Shown here: positions 49,589-59,924 of the stretch, in pieces
Position numbering within the stretch: position 1 is the stretch's first letter
Layout of the letters: the number at the start of each line of letters is the position of its first letter
From: Opitutaceae bacterium
GTDB lineage: Bacteria > Verrucomicrobiota > Verrucomicrobiia > Opitutales > Coraliomargaritaceae
Direction of reading: 5' to 3'
Assembly: GCA_051252375.1 (NCBI GenBank)
Contig: JBPOFY010000003.1
Span: 320,001-384,000 of the forward strand
Length of the DNA: 64,000 nt
Notes under the pieces: model-generated
What the model saw: only the letters and a program-made list of their open reading frames with translations
Told to the model about the DNA's origin: nothing
The model's database searches: none
Position numbers and translations under genes: made by a program

Positions 49589-50398
49589 TTAGCGGCTTTT
49601 GACTAAGTCTTTCAAGGTCGCGGCGTCGCGAAGGAACTGTTCGATGTCATCGTCTTTGACGAATTCCATCAGCGCATAGTGCTGTATGGATGGATCGAGT
49701 GGCACTTCGAAATAGTTTTTCCAATCGTCAGCTGCTTCAGCCAAGGGGCGGCGGTCGGTCGATTGACCCCAGTCGCCCTGACCTGGTCTGAACTGCCAAT
49801 AAAACACGTGCATGTTTAATACTCGGTCTGCGAGTTGCTTGAGACCGTCGATACGATAGGCGGGATCAGTCAGCCAGTAAACCGGTTGCCAATAGGTGTA
49901 GAGGTTGGGGTGGTTGACTGATTGTAGCGTTGTTAAAGTGGCGTGATTACTGTCCGCCAGTGTGTTCGCATGGAACTCGAGACCGAGCCGGATGCCGACT
50001 TTTTGCGCGGCTTCGGCTGCAGCATGCAAATGCGTGATGAGCTTCTCGCGATGCGCCTCGGTGATGGCGTCGGAAGGATCATGTCCCGCCCAAATACGAA
50101 TTGTGTCGGTGCCCAATAATTGTGCTGACACAAGAAATGGCTCGAAATCCACTGGATTGCCGTCCGGATCGAGCACTTTATAGTAGGAGCCATACGAACT
50201 CGTTACGAGACCTGCGTCGAGTGTCAGCTTTGCTACGCGATTTGCCGCTTCGAGATCGCCTTCTGGGACGTGACAATTTGAAGCCCACTCGATGGCGTCG
50301 AGACCAGCCTTAGCCACGAGCTCAACAATTTTCTCGGCGCTTAATTCGCGTAATGATACGGAGCAAAGTCCGGTTTTAAAAGTAGTGTTGTTAGTCAT
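49589..50398 (-). CDS. Sugar phosphate isomerase/epimerase-like TIM barrel (AP_endonuc_2)
   Basis: GLDAIEW..H, SYGSY, IRIWAG, EFH..TL.D, YWQP, H, MEF. Confidence 0.85.
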   Translation of the reverse strand: MTNNTTFKTGLCSVSLRELSAEKIVELVAKAGLDAIEWASNCHVPEGDLEAANRVAKLTLDAGLVTSSYGSYYKVLDPDGNPVDFEPFLVSAQLLGTDTIRIWAGHDPSDAITEAHREKLITHLHAAAEAAQKVGIRLGLEFHANTLADSNHATLTTLQSVNHPNLYTYWQPVYWLTDPAYRIDGLKQLADRVLNMHVFYWQFRPGQGDWGQSTDRRPLAEAADDWKNYFEVPLDPSIQHYALMEFVKDDDIEQFLRDAATLKDLVKSR

Positions 50399-52163
50399 TG
50401 AATTGTGACTTGGGTTCTTTACGTGCGATGAGTCTTAGAATGAATCCGATCAATACGACGAAGCCGCCGCAGATTAGGATGAGTATTCTGTCGGAGAGTT
50501 CATTGGGGATTGCTAGTAACAGCAAGGTGAGTGTGCCGTAGGCGAGACAGAGATTGCCTAAGACCATGTGTTGGCGTTTGTCACCTTCGTAGTCTGGTTC
50601 ATGCTCTGTTACTCGATCGATTGGGGTGTTCATTTCGTCGAAGAAATCATTCACTCGTTCTCGGTATTCAGGTTTTGCTTTTTTGTAGAACAGCATGCTG
50701 AAGAAGAACCAGATGTTGCAGGCTAGGAAGATGGAACCAGTCGTCAGTGCGATGTTGATATCGCCTATCTCGCGAGCATTGAGTGGCGTCTCTTGACCCC
50801 ATATACCTTGGAGGAAGTCCGCGTCGATTGTGAGGCGGCACGCAACCGAAACAATAAAGCCGGCAACCATCGTGCTCCAACCGGTCCATTCCGGTGTGCG
50901 CTTGATAAACATGCCATAGGTGAGTGGCATCGCGGTGGGTAGTCCGATTGAGGCGGTGGCCAGCAGGATCAAGTCAAAGAGTTCGAGCGACTTGACGTCT
51001 TTGAATAGCAGAGCCACGGCGATCCAGATGGCTCCGTAAATTAAGATAAAGATTCGACCGACCAAAATCTGCTTAGCTTCGGTTGCCTTTGGGTTGACGA
51101 TCTGGATATAGAAATTTCGAACGAAAGTGCCTGAGTAGACGTTGAGCAGACTGTTCATCGAGGTGAGGCTAGCCGCAAAAATACCGCAGACCAATAGCCC
51201 TAGTAGACCCTGTGGTAGGAGCTCCATTGCGATGGCGACGTAGGCAGCCTCGTTTGGATTGTTTAGTCGTGAGAACTGCTCGCTAAGATCAGGGAAAAGG
51301 ACAGCCGAACCGAGAGCAGGGATCATCCAGATGGGTGCGAGAATAAGGAATCCAGCGATCGAGATGCAGACCGCTTTGCGAGCATCGATGCCGTCTTTGA
51401 CGAAAACGTAGCGAGCCGCACCAGTGAGCATACTATTCATCATCGTGATTTGATTGATCAGCAGCGTTACCGAGAAGAAGACGATGACCCAAGGGCGGGC
51501 GAACTGCGTCCATTGAAAGTGCTTCTCTGGTAGTTTTTCGAGGAGGCCACTGAAGCCACCAATGGAATCGTGATTCAAGGTAAGCACGGCCATGCTGATC
51601 GTGATGGTGAGCACTACCAGCATCTGCACGAAGTCGCCGGCAGTCGCAGCCCAGGAACCACCGAAGAGGGTCATTGAAATCATCACGAGGCCAAGAGCGA
51701 TGATGATCACGGTCATGTTTACATCGAAGACCCCAGCCATAAAGACCGAGACGGTGTAGAGCATGACGCCACCCATGAAGCTTTGGAAAACGATCGGCAG
51801 CCAAGTATAGACCTGTTCGCTCGTCTTGCCGTAGCGTTTGCGGATGCCTTCCACTGCAGTCACGACACGCATCTGTCGGAACTTTGCCGCGGTGAACAGT
51901 AAGCAGACAATGAGGGCAAAAATATTACAAATGAAGAGGATTAGGAAAAAGGTCCCCGTCTCATAAGCTTTGGCTGCGCCACCAGTAAACGACCAAGCCG
52001 AGAAGGTCGTCATAAATGCACTACAGCCGACGACCCACCAAAGCATACCGCCGCCGCCACGGAAGAAGTCGCTCGCGGTCTTACTGAAGCTCTTGTAGAT
52101 GGGCCCCAGCGAAAACATGAACGCGAGGTAGACACCTATCACGATGTAGTCGAAAATAGTCAT
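50391..52163 (-). CDS. Sodium:solute symporter (SSS family), paralog of 45116..46903
   Basis: Same motifs as 45116..46903 and colinear with it over the full length. Confidence 0.92.
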   Translation of the reverse strand: MTIFDYIVIGVYLAFMFSLGPIYKSFSKTASDFFRGGGGMLWWVVGCSAFMTTFSAWSFTGGAAKAYETGTFFLILFICNIFALIVCLLFTAAKFRQMRVVTAVEGIRKRYGKTSEQVYTWLPIVFQSFMGGVMLYTVSVFMAGVFDVNMTVIIIALGLVMISMTLFGGSWAATAGDFVQMLVVLTITISMAVLTLNHDSIGGFSGLLEKLPEKHFQWTQFARPWVIVFFSVTLLINQITMMNSMLTGAARYVFVKDGIDARKAVCISIAGFLILAPIWMIPALGSAVLFPDLSEQFSRLNNPNEAAYVAIAMELLPQGLLGLLVCGIFAASLTSMNSLLNVYSGTFVRNFYIQIVNPKATEAKQILVGRIFILIYGAIWIAVALLFKDVKSLELFDLILLATASIGLPTAMPLTYGMFIKRTPEWTGWSTMVAGFIVSVACRLTIDADFLQGIWGQETPLNAREIGDINIALTTGSIFLACNIWFFFSMLFYKKAKPEYRERVNDFFDEMNTPIDRVTEHEPDYEGDKRQHMVLGNLCLAYGTLTLLLLAIPNELSDRILILICGGFVVLIGFILRLIARKEPKSQFND

Positions 52164-52352
52164 AGTATGGATGGTTTGCGAATAAGCTTAGTCAATCACT
52201 GTCGATTCAAGAGTTGTAGGGCATGTGTGTTGACACAAAAAAATGGACGTATTCCGTCCCTAGTTTTGTCAATAGTGAGGTGATTGATGTAATTACGTTC
52301 GTCACTCACTGTCGCGCAATTTACTAGAAGGCTGTAATGGTGGCAGATTGAA

Positions 52353-53063
52353 TTAGTCTTTAATGATGCGACTAGTGATGCGTTTATTTTTGAGATCTGA
52401 ATAGATGACAATAGTATAACGAATTCGATCAAGGTAACGCATGCGTGTTTGAAAGACACTATTCTCAGTGCCATCTTCGAAGTAAATAATGTCAGTTTGT
52501 GCCATGTTCATCTCATTAATATCTTTTACTTTTGACATTTCGGCCCGGCCCCAAGCAGCCACGGGAATACTGTGTTCTCCGGCGCTCACTAATGCAGCGT
52601 GTGGAGTTATGTTGATGATTCTGGTATGCCCCAGCTTGTAAGTGTCGGTGTTCATGTCTAATGCTTGAACGATGTATTTTGCCGTGCTCTGATCGCTGCC
52701 TTCCATCAGGGATTTTGGAATGAAGAGCAGGGCTGTTTTTTCATTTGAATCATTCCAGTCGAATGAAGCGATTTGTTTAAACTTCGGTTTTCCTCGTTTA
52801 TCGAGGCCGTCAGCGATGCCAAAGAGTAGTTTTCCCTCCACGATCGGACCGCTGAAGGCTTTAGAGTAGTTAAATTCGCGGAGTGAAAGCTGGCCAACTG
52901 ACTGTAGCTTTGCATCCAGAATTTCTAGCTTCTTGATGCCATTTTCTAGGCCGATTGCTAAGGCTTTTATTCGTGGGCTTTCTTGGGCACCATGTGCTGC
53001 CACTGAGGTGAACCACAGGCTTAAGAGTATCGTCAGTGCATACTGTGCGTATTGTTTGATCAT
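52353..53063 (-). CDS. Exported hypothetical protein, paralog of 53154..53897
   Basis: Signal peptide; shares ALxIGLEN..LEILD..LQS.GQL, PIVEGKL.FG and QTR.RYLDR.RY. Confidence 0.8.
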   Translation of the reverse strand: MIKQYAQYALTILLSLWFTSVAAHGAQESPRIKALAIGLENGIKKLEILDAKLQSVGQLSLREFNYSKAFSGPIVEGKLLFGIADGLDKRGKPKFKQIASFDWNDSNEKTALLFIPKSLMEGSDQSTAKYIVQALDMNTDTYKLGHTRIINITPHAALVSAGEHSIPVAAWGRAEMSKVKDINEMNMAQTDIIYFEDGTENSVFQTRMRYLDRIRYTIVIYSDLKNKRITSRIIKD

Positions 53064-53153
53064 ATGGTGTCGGAGTAAGTTTGTTGGCTGAATGTGTGTG
53101 CGTGTGAGGAGAATGCCCCTATTGATGCCTTAGTTTAGCTAACTTGCCATCGC

Positions 53154-53897
53154 TTAATAAAGCTTTCCGAAGTCCTTGATGATGTTCACTGCGACCCGTT
53201 TATTTTTAATATCCGGATAGATCAATGTTATGTAGCGAACACGGTCTAAGTAGCGGATACGAGTTTGATGAGCGGTGTGCACCTTATCGTTGAATATATA
53301 ATACACTTCTATTTGCGCCATGTTCAGTTCCGTGACGTCGTTTATTTTGGATAAGTTAGCACTTCCCCATGCCGCAACTTTTTCCTTATGTTCTCCCATG
53401 CGGACCATTGTGTTTAATGGGGTGAAATTTAAGATTTTGGTGTGGCCAAACTTAAATGTAGATGGGCTCATATCCAGTAACTGGATTCCGTAATCATTGG
53501 TATTTTGACTTTTGCCAACCAGACTCTTGGGGACAAAGATCAAGCAGGTTTGTCTCATGGAATTACTCCACTTTACCGAAGCGACTTGCCTGAAAAGGGG
53601 CTTTCCTTCTTCATCGATTCCGTTCGGAACCCCAAAGATCAATTTTCCCTCGACGATGGGGCAGGTGAATTCCTCAGAAAAAGCTTGTTCGCGGAGAGCC
53701 AGCTGACCTATGGATTGCAGGCTTCCGTCAAGAATTTCCAAAGTTTTAAGGTTATTCTCCAAGCCAATCGTCAATGCTCGCAGTCGCGGGACTTCAACGG
53801 ATTCTGGTTCAGATGGTGTTTGGCTCTGGGCTGTTGCAGTAGTGATCCAGAGGCTTAATACTGCTGTCAGAGCGAAGTGAGTGTATCGTTTTATCAT
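53154..53897 (-). CDS. Exported hypothetical protein, paralog of 52353..53063
   Basis: Signal peptide and the same shared motifs. Confidence 0.8.
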   Translation of the reverse strand: MIKRYTHFALTAVLSLWITTATAQSQTPSEPESVEVPRLRALTIGLENNLKTLEILDGSLQSIGQLALREQAFSEEFTCPIVEGKLIFGVPNGIDEEGKPLFRQVASVKWSNSMRQTCLIFVPKSLVGKSQNTNDYGIQLLDMSPSTFKFGHTKILNFTPLNTMVRMGEHKEKVAAWGSANLSKINDVTELNMAQIEVYYIFNDKVHTAHQTRIRYLDRVRYITLIYPDIKNKRVAVNIIKDFGKLY

Positions 53898-53924
53898 GTA
53901 GATTTCACTAGAAAGTGGGGTGGG

Positions 53925-56900
53925 TTAAACGTCACTGGGATTTAGCCAGTTTAGCTGAACAATTTTGAACTTTCGACCGAAGCGCTCATTGGTTTCACTA
54001 AGACCGTCAGGTGCAATGGTCGTCTTGTTGGTGTCGAAGTAGGGTTCTTGTGCTGAGTCGACGTAGTCCGGGATGCGTTGGACGACTGCTTCGCATAGGC
54101 TTTTTGCAGAAACATTTCCCGTGAAAGGGTCAAGCACCTCACCATAAGCGCGAATGACAAATGTATCCGAACGTGCCGAAAGCCTAGGTCCGATTTGTTG
54201 CAGTATATCGGCTTGGCTGAGGTGGCTGGTTACACCCCTCGCTGTGTTGCCGGCAATTGCGGTCGTGTTTTCAATCATCGAAAAGTCGTTGTTTAGGATA
54301 TGACTCTGGACGTCTCCTGAGATATCTTCACCCGCGGCATTATTTAATGGTGTGTTGATTGTGCTGTTCGTCGCAATTGCGGTATCGATGACCCCACTTT
54401 GCGTTCTTACGTCGGTATCATTTCCTAGCCTGCGGTTAATAAAGTCTGCTAGTGAAAGGAAAGGTCCACGGTAGCGAATTTGATCGACGATATCTTCAGC
54501 TAATTGATCGAGAATCGTTTCATCGAGTTGTCTGTAGCCCTGCCAGATAGCGAAATCTTCTGCAGTGGGTAAGTTTCCAGCAGATCCGGTGTCTCCTAGT
54601 GATGCTTCTAGAGATTTATTGTAGTTGGGGATCCGGAAGCGGGAATAGACTGCAGCTAAGTCTGTTGAGTTGGGAGTAAATGCAATGGGACTCGAAGTGC
54701 TGCTCTCTGGGTTATAGTAGAATGGCTGTCTGACTAGGGTGCTTGCGATATTCGTGGTCGCGAGAATAGCTTTCCATGCATCGACAGACGTCGAGTTGAT
54801 GTTGAAGCTGCCATCTAGTGTTTGGTAGGCAGCCGCTTTAAGGTAAGCATCCGTCTGCACGGTGGATCCATTGCTCAAGTCTGCCGTTGCGCTAGCAATA
54901 TCACTTTCTGCTGGGAGGTGGTGTTTGAGGGTTGGATTTGGTAATGAACCGTTTGCGAAGAAGTTGGTGACTGTAGTGCCATAATCATCACCGGAGCTGT
55001 CCATAATGGAGCGTTGATCTGTAAGCGTTGAGAAGTAGTAGCTATCCCAAAGACGAGTATTCGCGAGGTAAGAATGATCGAAGAACCCGTGATTGATGCC
55101 TCCCTTAGATTGTGCGTTCAGCTTTAGTGCGTCCTTACTATCGATAAGTGGGTGTGCTAAAGAGTTGCCGACGACATGGCTGACTTGTGGCAAATAGCCA
55201 CTTGCAGCGACGTTTGCATGTTGGAGGCTGCCGATTGATTGTAGCGGGGAGACCGGTACTTCAAACAGAGTGCCATACTGAGTGCCTTCGATGGTATCGT
55301 AACCACTAAAAAACCGACCTCGATTGTCTGAATCGATCGTCGGTGATACGCCACCGTTGCCATCTGCCACAATGGAAAGGTCATAGCTGGTGAACGCTGA
55401 CGATTCTTCGCCGACGTCAAAATGTCCGGACAATACACTGGTATTGGTGAAGGCGGAGGCCACAGCTGGTTGAAAGGGCTTCCCTGAGGTGCGATCAGTG
55501 ACCTTGCCGCCGAGCCTTAAGGCACCAATGGTATAGGGGATGACGTTGGCGACGGTTGCGTTATCTCTAGTGTAAGGTGGGGTATCAATATCAGTATACG
55601 CCATGCTATCAACGGCGGAAACCTCAAGATCTTGATCGAGAGGACGCGCTGCATCCAGTCGGTCTTTTCTTAGTGTATAGCTGGAGCCCTTGTCGAAGCC
55701 ATCGTTGTAGTCGAAAGTATAGCGTCCAATCATGTTGGCACTGTCGGAGCCATCACTTGTATTGTCTGCCATACCAGGATCTTGACTGAACATTTCGATC
55801 GAAAATGTTCCATTTCGCTCCAGCGTGGAGCTGTCTTGTCCTTTTCTTTGCGGGTTTTGAGTCCCATCGGCGTAGCCTAATTCAACCTTAATGGTATCGT
55901 TTTCGTTAATAAAAACATACCACATATTAAAGGTTGGGTTGCTGGCAGTAGCCGAGAGGTTATTTCCCCTAAGATTGATGGATTCGTTGTTTCTTTTGCC
56001 ATCTGGTACGAAAGCATCGAAGTAGAGACCGACTCCTTCAGAGTAACCCGGCGTTGCCTCAATTTTTCCGTTTTCTTCACTCGTCCAGTTGTCGAGCTCT
56101 TGTATTTTTTTTGATGTACTGTAGACTGGGGAATAAACGATGGACTCTCCTGGTGCCAATGTTGTGGTGCGTTGACGGCGGTTGCCTGTGGTTAGTCTCA
56201 TGCTAAAGCGCTGGCTGCCATCAGCAGCAAATTTAACATTGTTACCGCCTTTGGAATTCATGGCGGCGAATGGTATAAATTCGTCAGTCATGCGAATTTC
56301 AGTTCCTGTCAGATGATCTTCACGAGAGAGTCGCATACCAAGCGGCATATCTCTAAAGACGACCCACATATCACCATACTCGATGGGGACGCTATATGGA
56401 TTGTAGAGTGTAATGATGGGAGCGACGCATAGATGAAGCTGTCGGGCATCAGAGCCCTCATATAAAGGTCTAATCGTAGGGTCGGCATCATTACGTAAAA
56501 AAGGCGCATGAGGCACTAGAGCCAAGAATGAGAAGTAGACCTCAAACTGTCCTACGGCGGGCGCCAGGCGATAGGTGCTGGGAGCTGGGAAGGGGAGATC
56601 AATGTCGGCGCGGGTGCTGATGTTTCCTGTCCACTCAGTGGTATTCATGAGCGCGATAGGAGGGGCGCCTGCTGCGCCAGCCTTTAGTCGTGTATTGTCT
56701 TTGTAGAGTCCAATGTAATCCAGCATTGCGGACCAACGTGGGTCCGCGTTTGGGTTCCCGGTGTGTCCAGTGTTCGTGTCTGAATAGAGGAACCTGTTCA
56801 TGTAATCGGCCGGTTTTTCTTCGGCTAGGGTAGAGAGGTCGCGTTTTAAGCCGCCGTTGACGACATCCGCCATGACTCCTTTGGAGTAAAGTGATAGATC

Positions 56901-57854
56901 ATGATAAAACGGACCAAACGTATCGGCAGCTACCGAGCCATTGATCGGATCATTCATATACATGCTAGCAGTTGCAAAACTGGAGACTTTTCCGCTAGCA
57001 GAGTTGCTTCTGTCAAAATCCGTAAATTCGTTACTTGTGCCCATCGCTTCAATGCCGACATTGCCCGAATTGTCCCATGCTTGTATCGCTTCGGTACTGG
57101 TGGGGCTTGTATTGTCGGCCAACTGATGGGACTGATTGATCCGCGCTTTGACACTTTCATCAAGAACCACCCAACCGATACGGGCGTTCGTTGTGCCGCT
57201 GCCACCCGATGAAATATTCTGAAGGGGGGCCCAAATTTCTTTTCTTGCTAAGCTAGCGTTTAAGGTGCCCGGAGTGTCGGGTTGTAAGGTTCCGCTTCCC
57301 AGTGCTTTGAAACTGTTTCCGCTGCTGGCACTGCTGTAATATGTTTCTGTGGCGAAATCTAAGTCGCTAGGGTCGTTCGTGCCGTCAGCACGATCTAGCA
57401 CTCTATCACTTGAGATGAGCCAGCGTCGAAAGCCACCTGTGACACGTGCGTTGTAGTCGATGGTGTCGCCGACAGCCCATTGATTCGCAATACGATCCGC
57501 TACGCTGTCTGCCTCGTAGTCTCCTGATGTATCCCATGCCCCAACTAGGTAGGGGTGTGCGACTGCCATGCTGTTGTCGTTTGTGAGTGTTCCCGAATTG
57601 TCAAAAATGTCGGCATTTGCCGAGATTCGCTGGTCTGGCCCCATCTCAGCTTGTAAGGTTCCTAGGGCTTGGTTGAGCGCGAGCAAGGCATTTTGTTTTG
57701 CTTCTAGCTGCGCTTTACCAGTGGCGGCACCTTGTTGTTCTACTTGCACTAGTGTCGTAATAGACAGCAATAAGAGCAGAACAAACGCCATCAATGATAA
57801 GGCAATAATAAGTGCAAAACCTGAATTTTGGGTAGGGGATTTTTGATGCATCAA
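53925..57854 (-). CDS. Giant verrucomicrobial protein with a PilX-like prepilin leader (Verru_Chthon cassette protein A-like)
   Basis: G|FALIIALSLMAFVLLLLL class III leader without Glu5. Also GPDQR.SA, GGLKRDLS, FNINSTSV.AW, RGPFLSLADF.NR, ARSDTF.IRAYG, EAVVQR.PDY and FGRKF. Confidence 0.8.
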   Translation of the reverse strand: MMHQKSPTQNSGFALIIALSLMAFVLLLLLSITTLVQVEQQGAATGKAQLEAKQNALLALNQALGTLQAEMGPDQRISANADIFDNSGTLTNDNSMAVAHPYLVGAWDTSGDYEADSVADRIANQWAVGDTIDYNARVTGGFRRWLISSDRVLDRADGTNDPSDLDFATETYYSSASSGNSFKALGSGTLQPDTPGTLNASLARKEIWAPLQNISSGGSGTTNARIGWVVLDESVKARINQSHQLADNTSPTSTEAIQAWDNSGNVGIEAMGTSNEFTDFDRSNSASGKVSSFATASMYMNDPINGSVAADTFGPFYHDLSLYSKGVMADVVNGGLKRDLSTLAEEKPADYMNRFLYSDTNTGHTGNPNADPRWSAMLDYIGLYKDNTRLKAGAAGAPPIALMNTTEWTGNISTRADIDLPFPAPSTYRLAPAVGQFEVYFSFLALVPHAPFLRNDADPTIRPLYEGSDARQLHLCVAPIITLYNPYSVPIEYGDMWVVFRDMPLGMRLSREDHLTGTEIRMTDEFIPFAAMNSKGGNNVKFAADGSQRFSMRLTTGNRRQRTTTLAPGESIVYSPVYSTSKKIQELDNWTSEENGKIEATPGYSEGVGLYFDAFVPDGKRNNESINLRGNNLSATASNPTFNMWYVFINENDTIKVELGYADGTQNPQRKGQDSSTLERNGTFSIEMFSQDPGMADNTSDGSDSANMIGRYTFDYNDGFDKGSSYTLRKDRLDAARPLDQDLEVSAVDSMAYTDIDTPPYTRDNATVANVIPYTIGALRLGGKVTDRTSGKPFQPAVASAFTNTSVLSGHFDVGEESSAFTSYDLSIVADGNGGVSPTIDSDNRGRFFSGYDTIEGTQYGTLFEVPVSPLQSIGSLQHANVAASGYLPQVSHVVGNSLAHPLIDSKDALKLNAQSKGGINHGFFDHSYLANTRLWDSYYFSTLTDQRSIMDSSGDDYGTTVTNFFANGSLPNPTLKHHLPAESDIASATADLSNGSTVQTDAYLKAAAYQTLDGSFNINSTSVDAWKAILATTNIASTLVRQPFYYNPESSTSSPIAFTPNSTDLAAVYSRFRIPNYNKSLEASLGDTGSAGNLPTAEDFAIWQGYRQLDETILDQLAEDIVDQIRYRGPFLSLADFINRRLGNDTDVRTQSGVIDTAIATNSTINTPLNNAAGEDISGDVQSHILNNDFSMIENTTAIAGNTARGVTSHLSQADILQQIGPRLSARSDTFVIRAYGEVLDPFTGNVSAKSLCEAVVQRIPDYVDSAQEPYFDTNKTTIAPDGLSETNERFGRKFKIVQLNWLNPSDV

Positions 57855-58460
57855 CTTGGCGGTAGGGGGTTAAAAAATGTAGCTACCATATATCGTGGAA
57901 ATGCTGGTATATGTCGCTGGGGTGTTGGTTTTCACTGGTAACTAAACACTATTACTTATTGGACTGTGTTTTGGCAATTTTGTTCGTCGTTTTTTTACTG
58001 CTAGGGGTGTTAATACTGTCATGCGATATTGGAATAATACAAGAGTGATCTACCGAGGGGCAAATCGCCCGCAACTATCGGCTATTAATTGACTTATCGT
58101 CGAACAATTGAGTTTTCGCGAGACGACTGGTGTGGAGTCGTGGGGGACTTGTTTGAGATCGTTTCACGTGATTAAATCTTTGTTGAACACCTGACCATAG
58201 CTTTCCATGGAAAGCGGGTGGTTGTTCGTGCGATTATTTGCATCGTCGTAACCCTTAATGTGTGCCGCATTGTTGCCTCGAACTCGTTTTGACCTCTTTA
58301 ATTCTATTGTCGTTTATTGTTCGATCATACGCATACATGTTTCATTTAGTCGCACCGTTTTCTATTTTTAATCGATAGTGACTGCGTGACTATTTAATTA
58401 AGCCTGCGATATTTAGCACTATATCGACTGGTCCTCAGGGAATATGGATAACAATAAGAT

Positions 58461-59834
58461 ATGAGCACAGAAGATTCTAAGGAACGTTTTTATGATGTGA
58501 TCGTCGTCGGCGGGGGCATCTCTGGTGCGATGGCGGCAATTGCTGCAGCACGTGGCGGGGCGAAGACATTGGTCGTTGAGCAATACGGTTTTCTCGGCGG
58601 TATGCTGACGGCTGCGGGTGTAGGTCCGATGATGACCTTTCATGCGGGGGATCAACAGGTGATTCAAGGCACGACCGGAGAGTTGATCGATCGTCTGGTT
58701 GAAAAGAAGCAGTCGCCGGGGCACGTTTTTGATACAACAGGATTTACCTACACAGTGACGCCTTTTGATGTAGAAGGCATGAAGCGGGAGCTTGAGCTTA
58801 TGTTGACCGAAGCGGGCGGCGAAATGCTCTATCACGCGATGCTAGCATCCGTGCAAACCGATGGAGATAAAGTTGAATCAATTACGGTATGCACGAAATC
58901 GGGTCTGATGGATCTGCGCGCAAAGGTTTTCGTCGACGCGACGGGCGATGCCGATCTTGCGGAGCATGCAGGCGTCGCGTGCACTAAAGGTCGTGAGTCC
59001 GACGGTGCTTGTCAGCCGATGACGATGAAGATGCGTATGATGAACGTCGACCTCGATGAGGTGCGCAGCTACATTAAAGCTCACCCCGAAGAATTTCCGC
59101 GTTTGAAGGGCGATACGAGTATCATTGATCGTTCTTCGCGTATTTCAATCGGTGGCTTTGTGAAGACCTTGCAGAAAGGTCGCGAGGCGGGTGACTTTAC
59201 TTTTCCGCGCGAGGATATTTTGTTTTTTGAGGCGAACTCGGCTGGCGAGGTGATCGTGAATACGACACGTATTCTTGGTTATGATTCGAATGATCCATGG
59301 AGTTTCAGTCAGGCTGAGATGGAGGGCCGCAGGCAGGCGCGCGAGGTAGAATGCTTCCTTAAAAAATGGGTCCCTGGTTTTAAGAATTCTGTTTTGGTTT
59401 ACACTGGTCCCCAGATCGGTGTGCGCAGTTCTCGCCAAATTATAGGAGTCTATACACTGACCGGACAGGACGTGATCGAGCGTCGCCGTTTTTCGGATAC
59501 GATTGCTCACACGGGCTATCCAATTGATATCCACAGCCCGACTGGTGCAGGCACCGAACACGTCGAGCCAGAGTGGGGCAGCTTTTGCGATATTCCGTAT
59601 CGTTGCCTCGTGAACGACCAAGTTAAAAATATGGTGACCGTGGGTCGTTGCATCTCTGTTGATTTTGAGGCGCAAGCAGGTGTTCGCACGACACCGACAA
59701 TGGGTGCCGTTGGTCAGGCTGGTGGCCTCGCCGCAGCCATAGCAGTTCGCTCGAACCAAGCGGCGAAAGACATCGATGTGCGACAACTACAGGATGAGCT
59801 GCTAAAGCAAGGAAGCTTTCTTTCGTTTGAGTAA
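58461..59834 (+). CDS. FAD-dependent oxidoreductase (FAD_oxidored / PF12831-like)
   Basis: DVIVVGGGISG, DATGDADLA, IGVRSSR, IDIH, IPYRCLV, GRCIS. Confidence 0.9.
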   Translation: MSTEDSKERFYDVIVVGGGISGAMAAIAAARGGAKTLVVEQYGFLGGMLTAAGVGPMMTFHAGDQQVIQGTTGELIDRLVEKKQSPGHVFDTTGFTYTVTPFDVEGMKRELELMLTEAGGEMLYHAMLASVQTDGDKVESITVCTKSGLMDLRAKVFVDATGDADLAEHAGVACTKGRESDGACQPMTMKMRMMNVDLDEVRSYIKAHPEEFPRLKGDTSIIDRSSRISIGGFVKTLQKGREAGDFTFPREDILFFEANSAGEVIVNTTRILGYDSNDPWSFSQAEMEGRRQAREVECFLKKWVPGFKNSVLVYTGPQIGVRSSRQIIGVYTLTGQDVIERRRFSDTIAHTGYPIDIHSPTGAGTEHVEPEWGSFCDIPYRCLVNDQVKNMVTVGRCISVDFEAQAGVRTTPTMGAVGQAGGLAAAIAVRSNQAAKDIDVRQLQDELLKQGSFLSFE

Positions 59835-59924
59835 AGTGTAGAATTCAGATGAATGGATGCTTCGTTCAGGGGAAGCATAATTCTGGGGTTTACTAGCGCA
59901 CTTTGCATTTAAATAGGTATTCGG

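Noticed and set aside
57855..58460. 600-bp AT-rich intergenic region as an ncRNA or riboswitch
   Set aside because: No recognisable conserved structure; divergent promoters explain it adequately.
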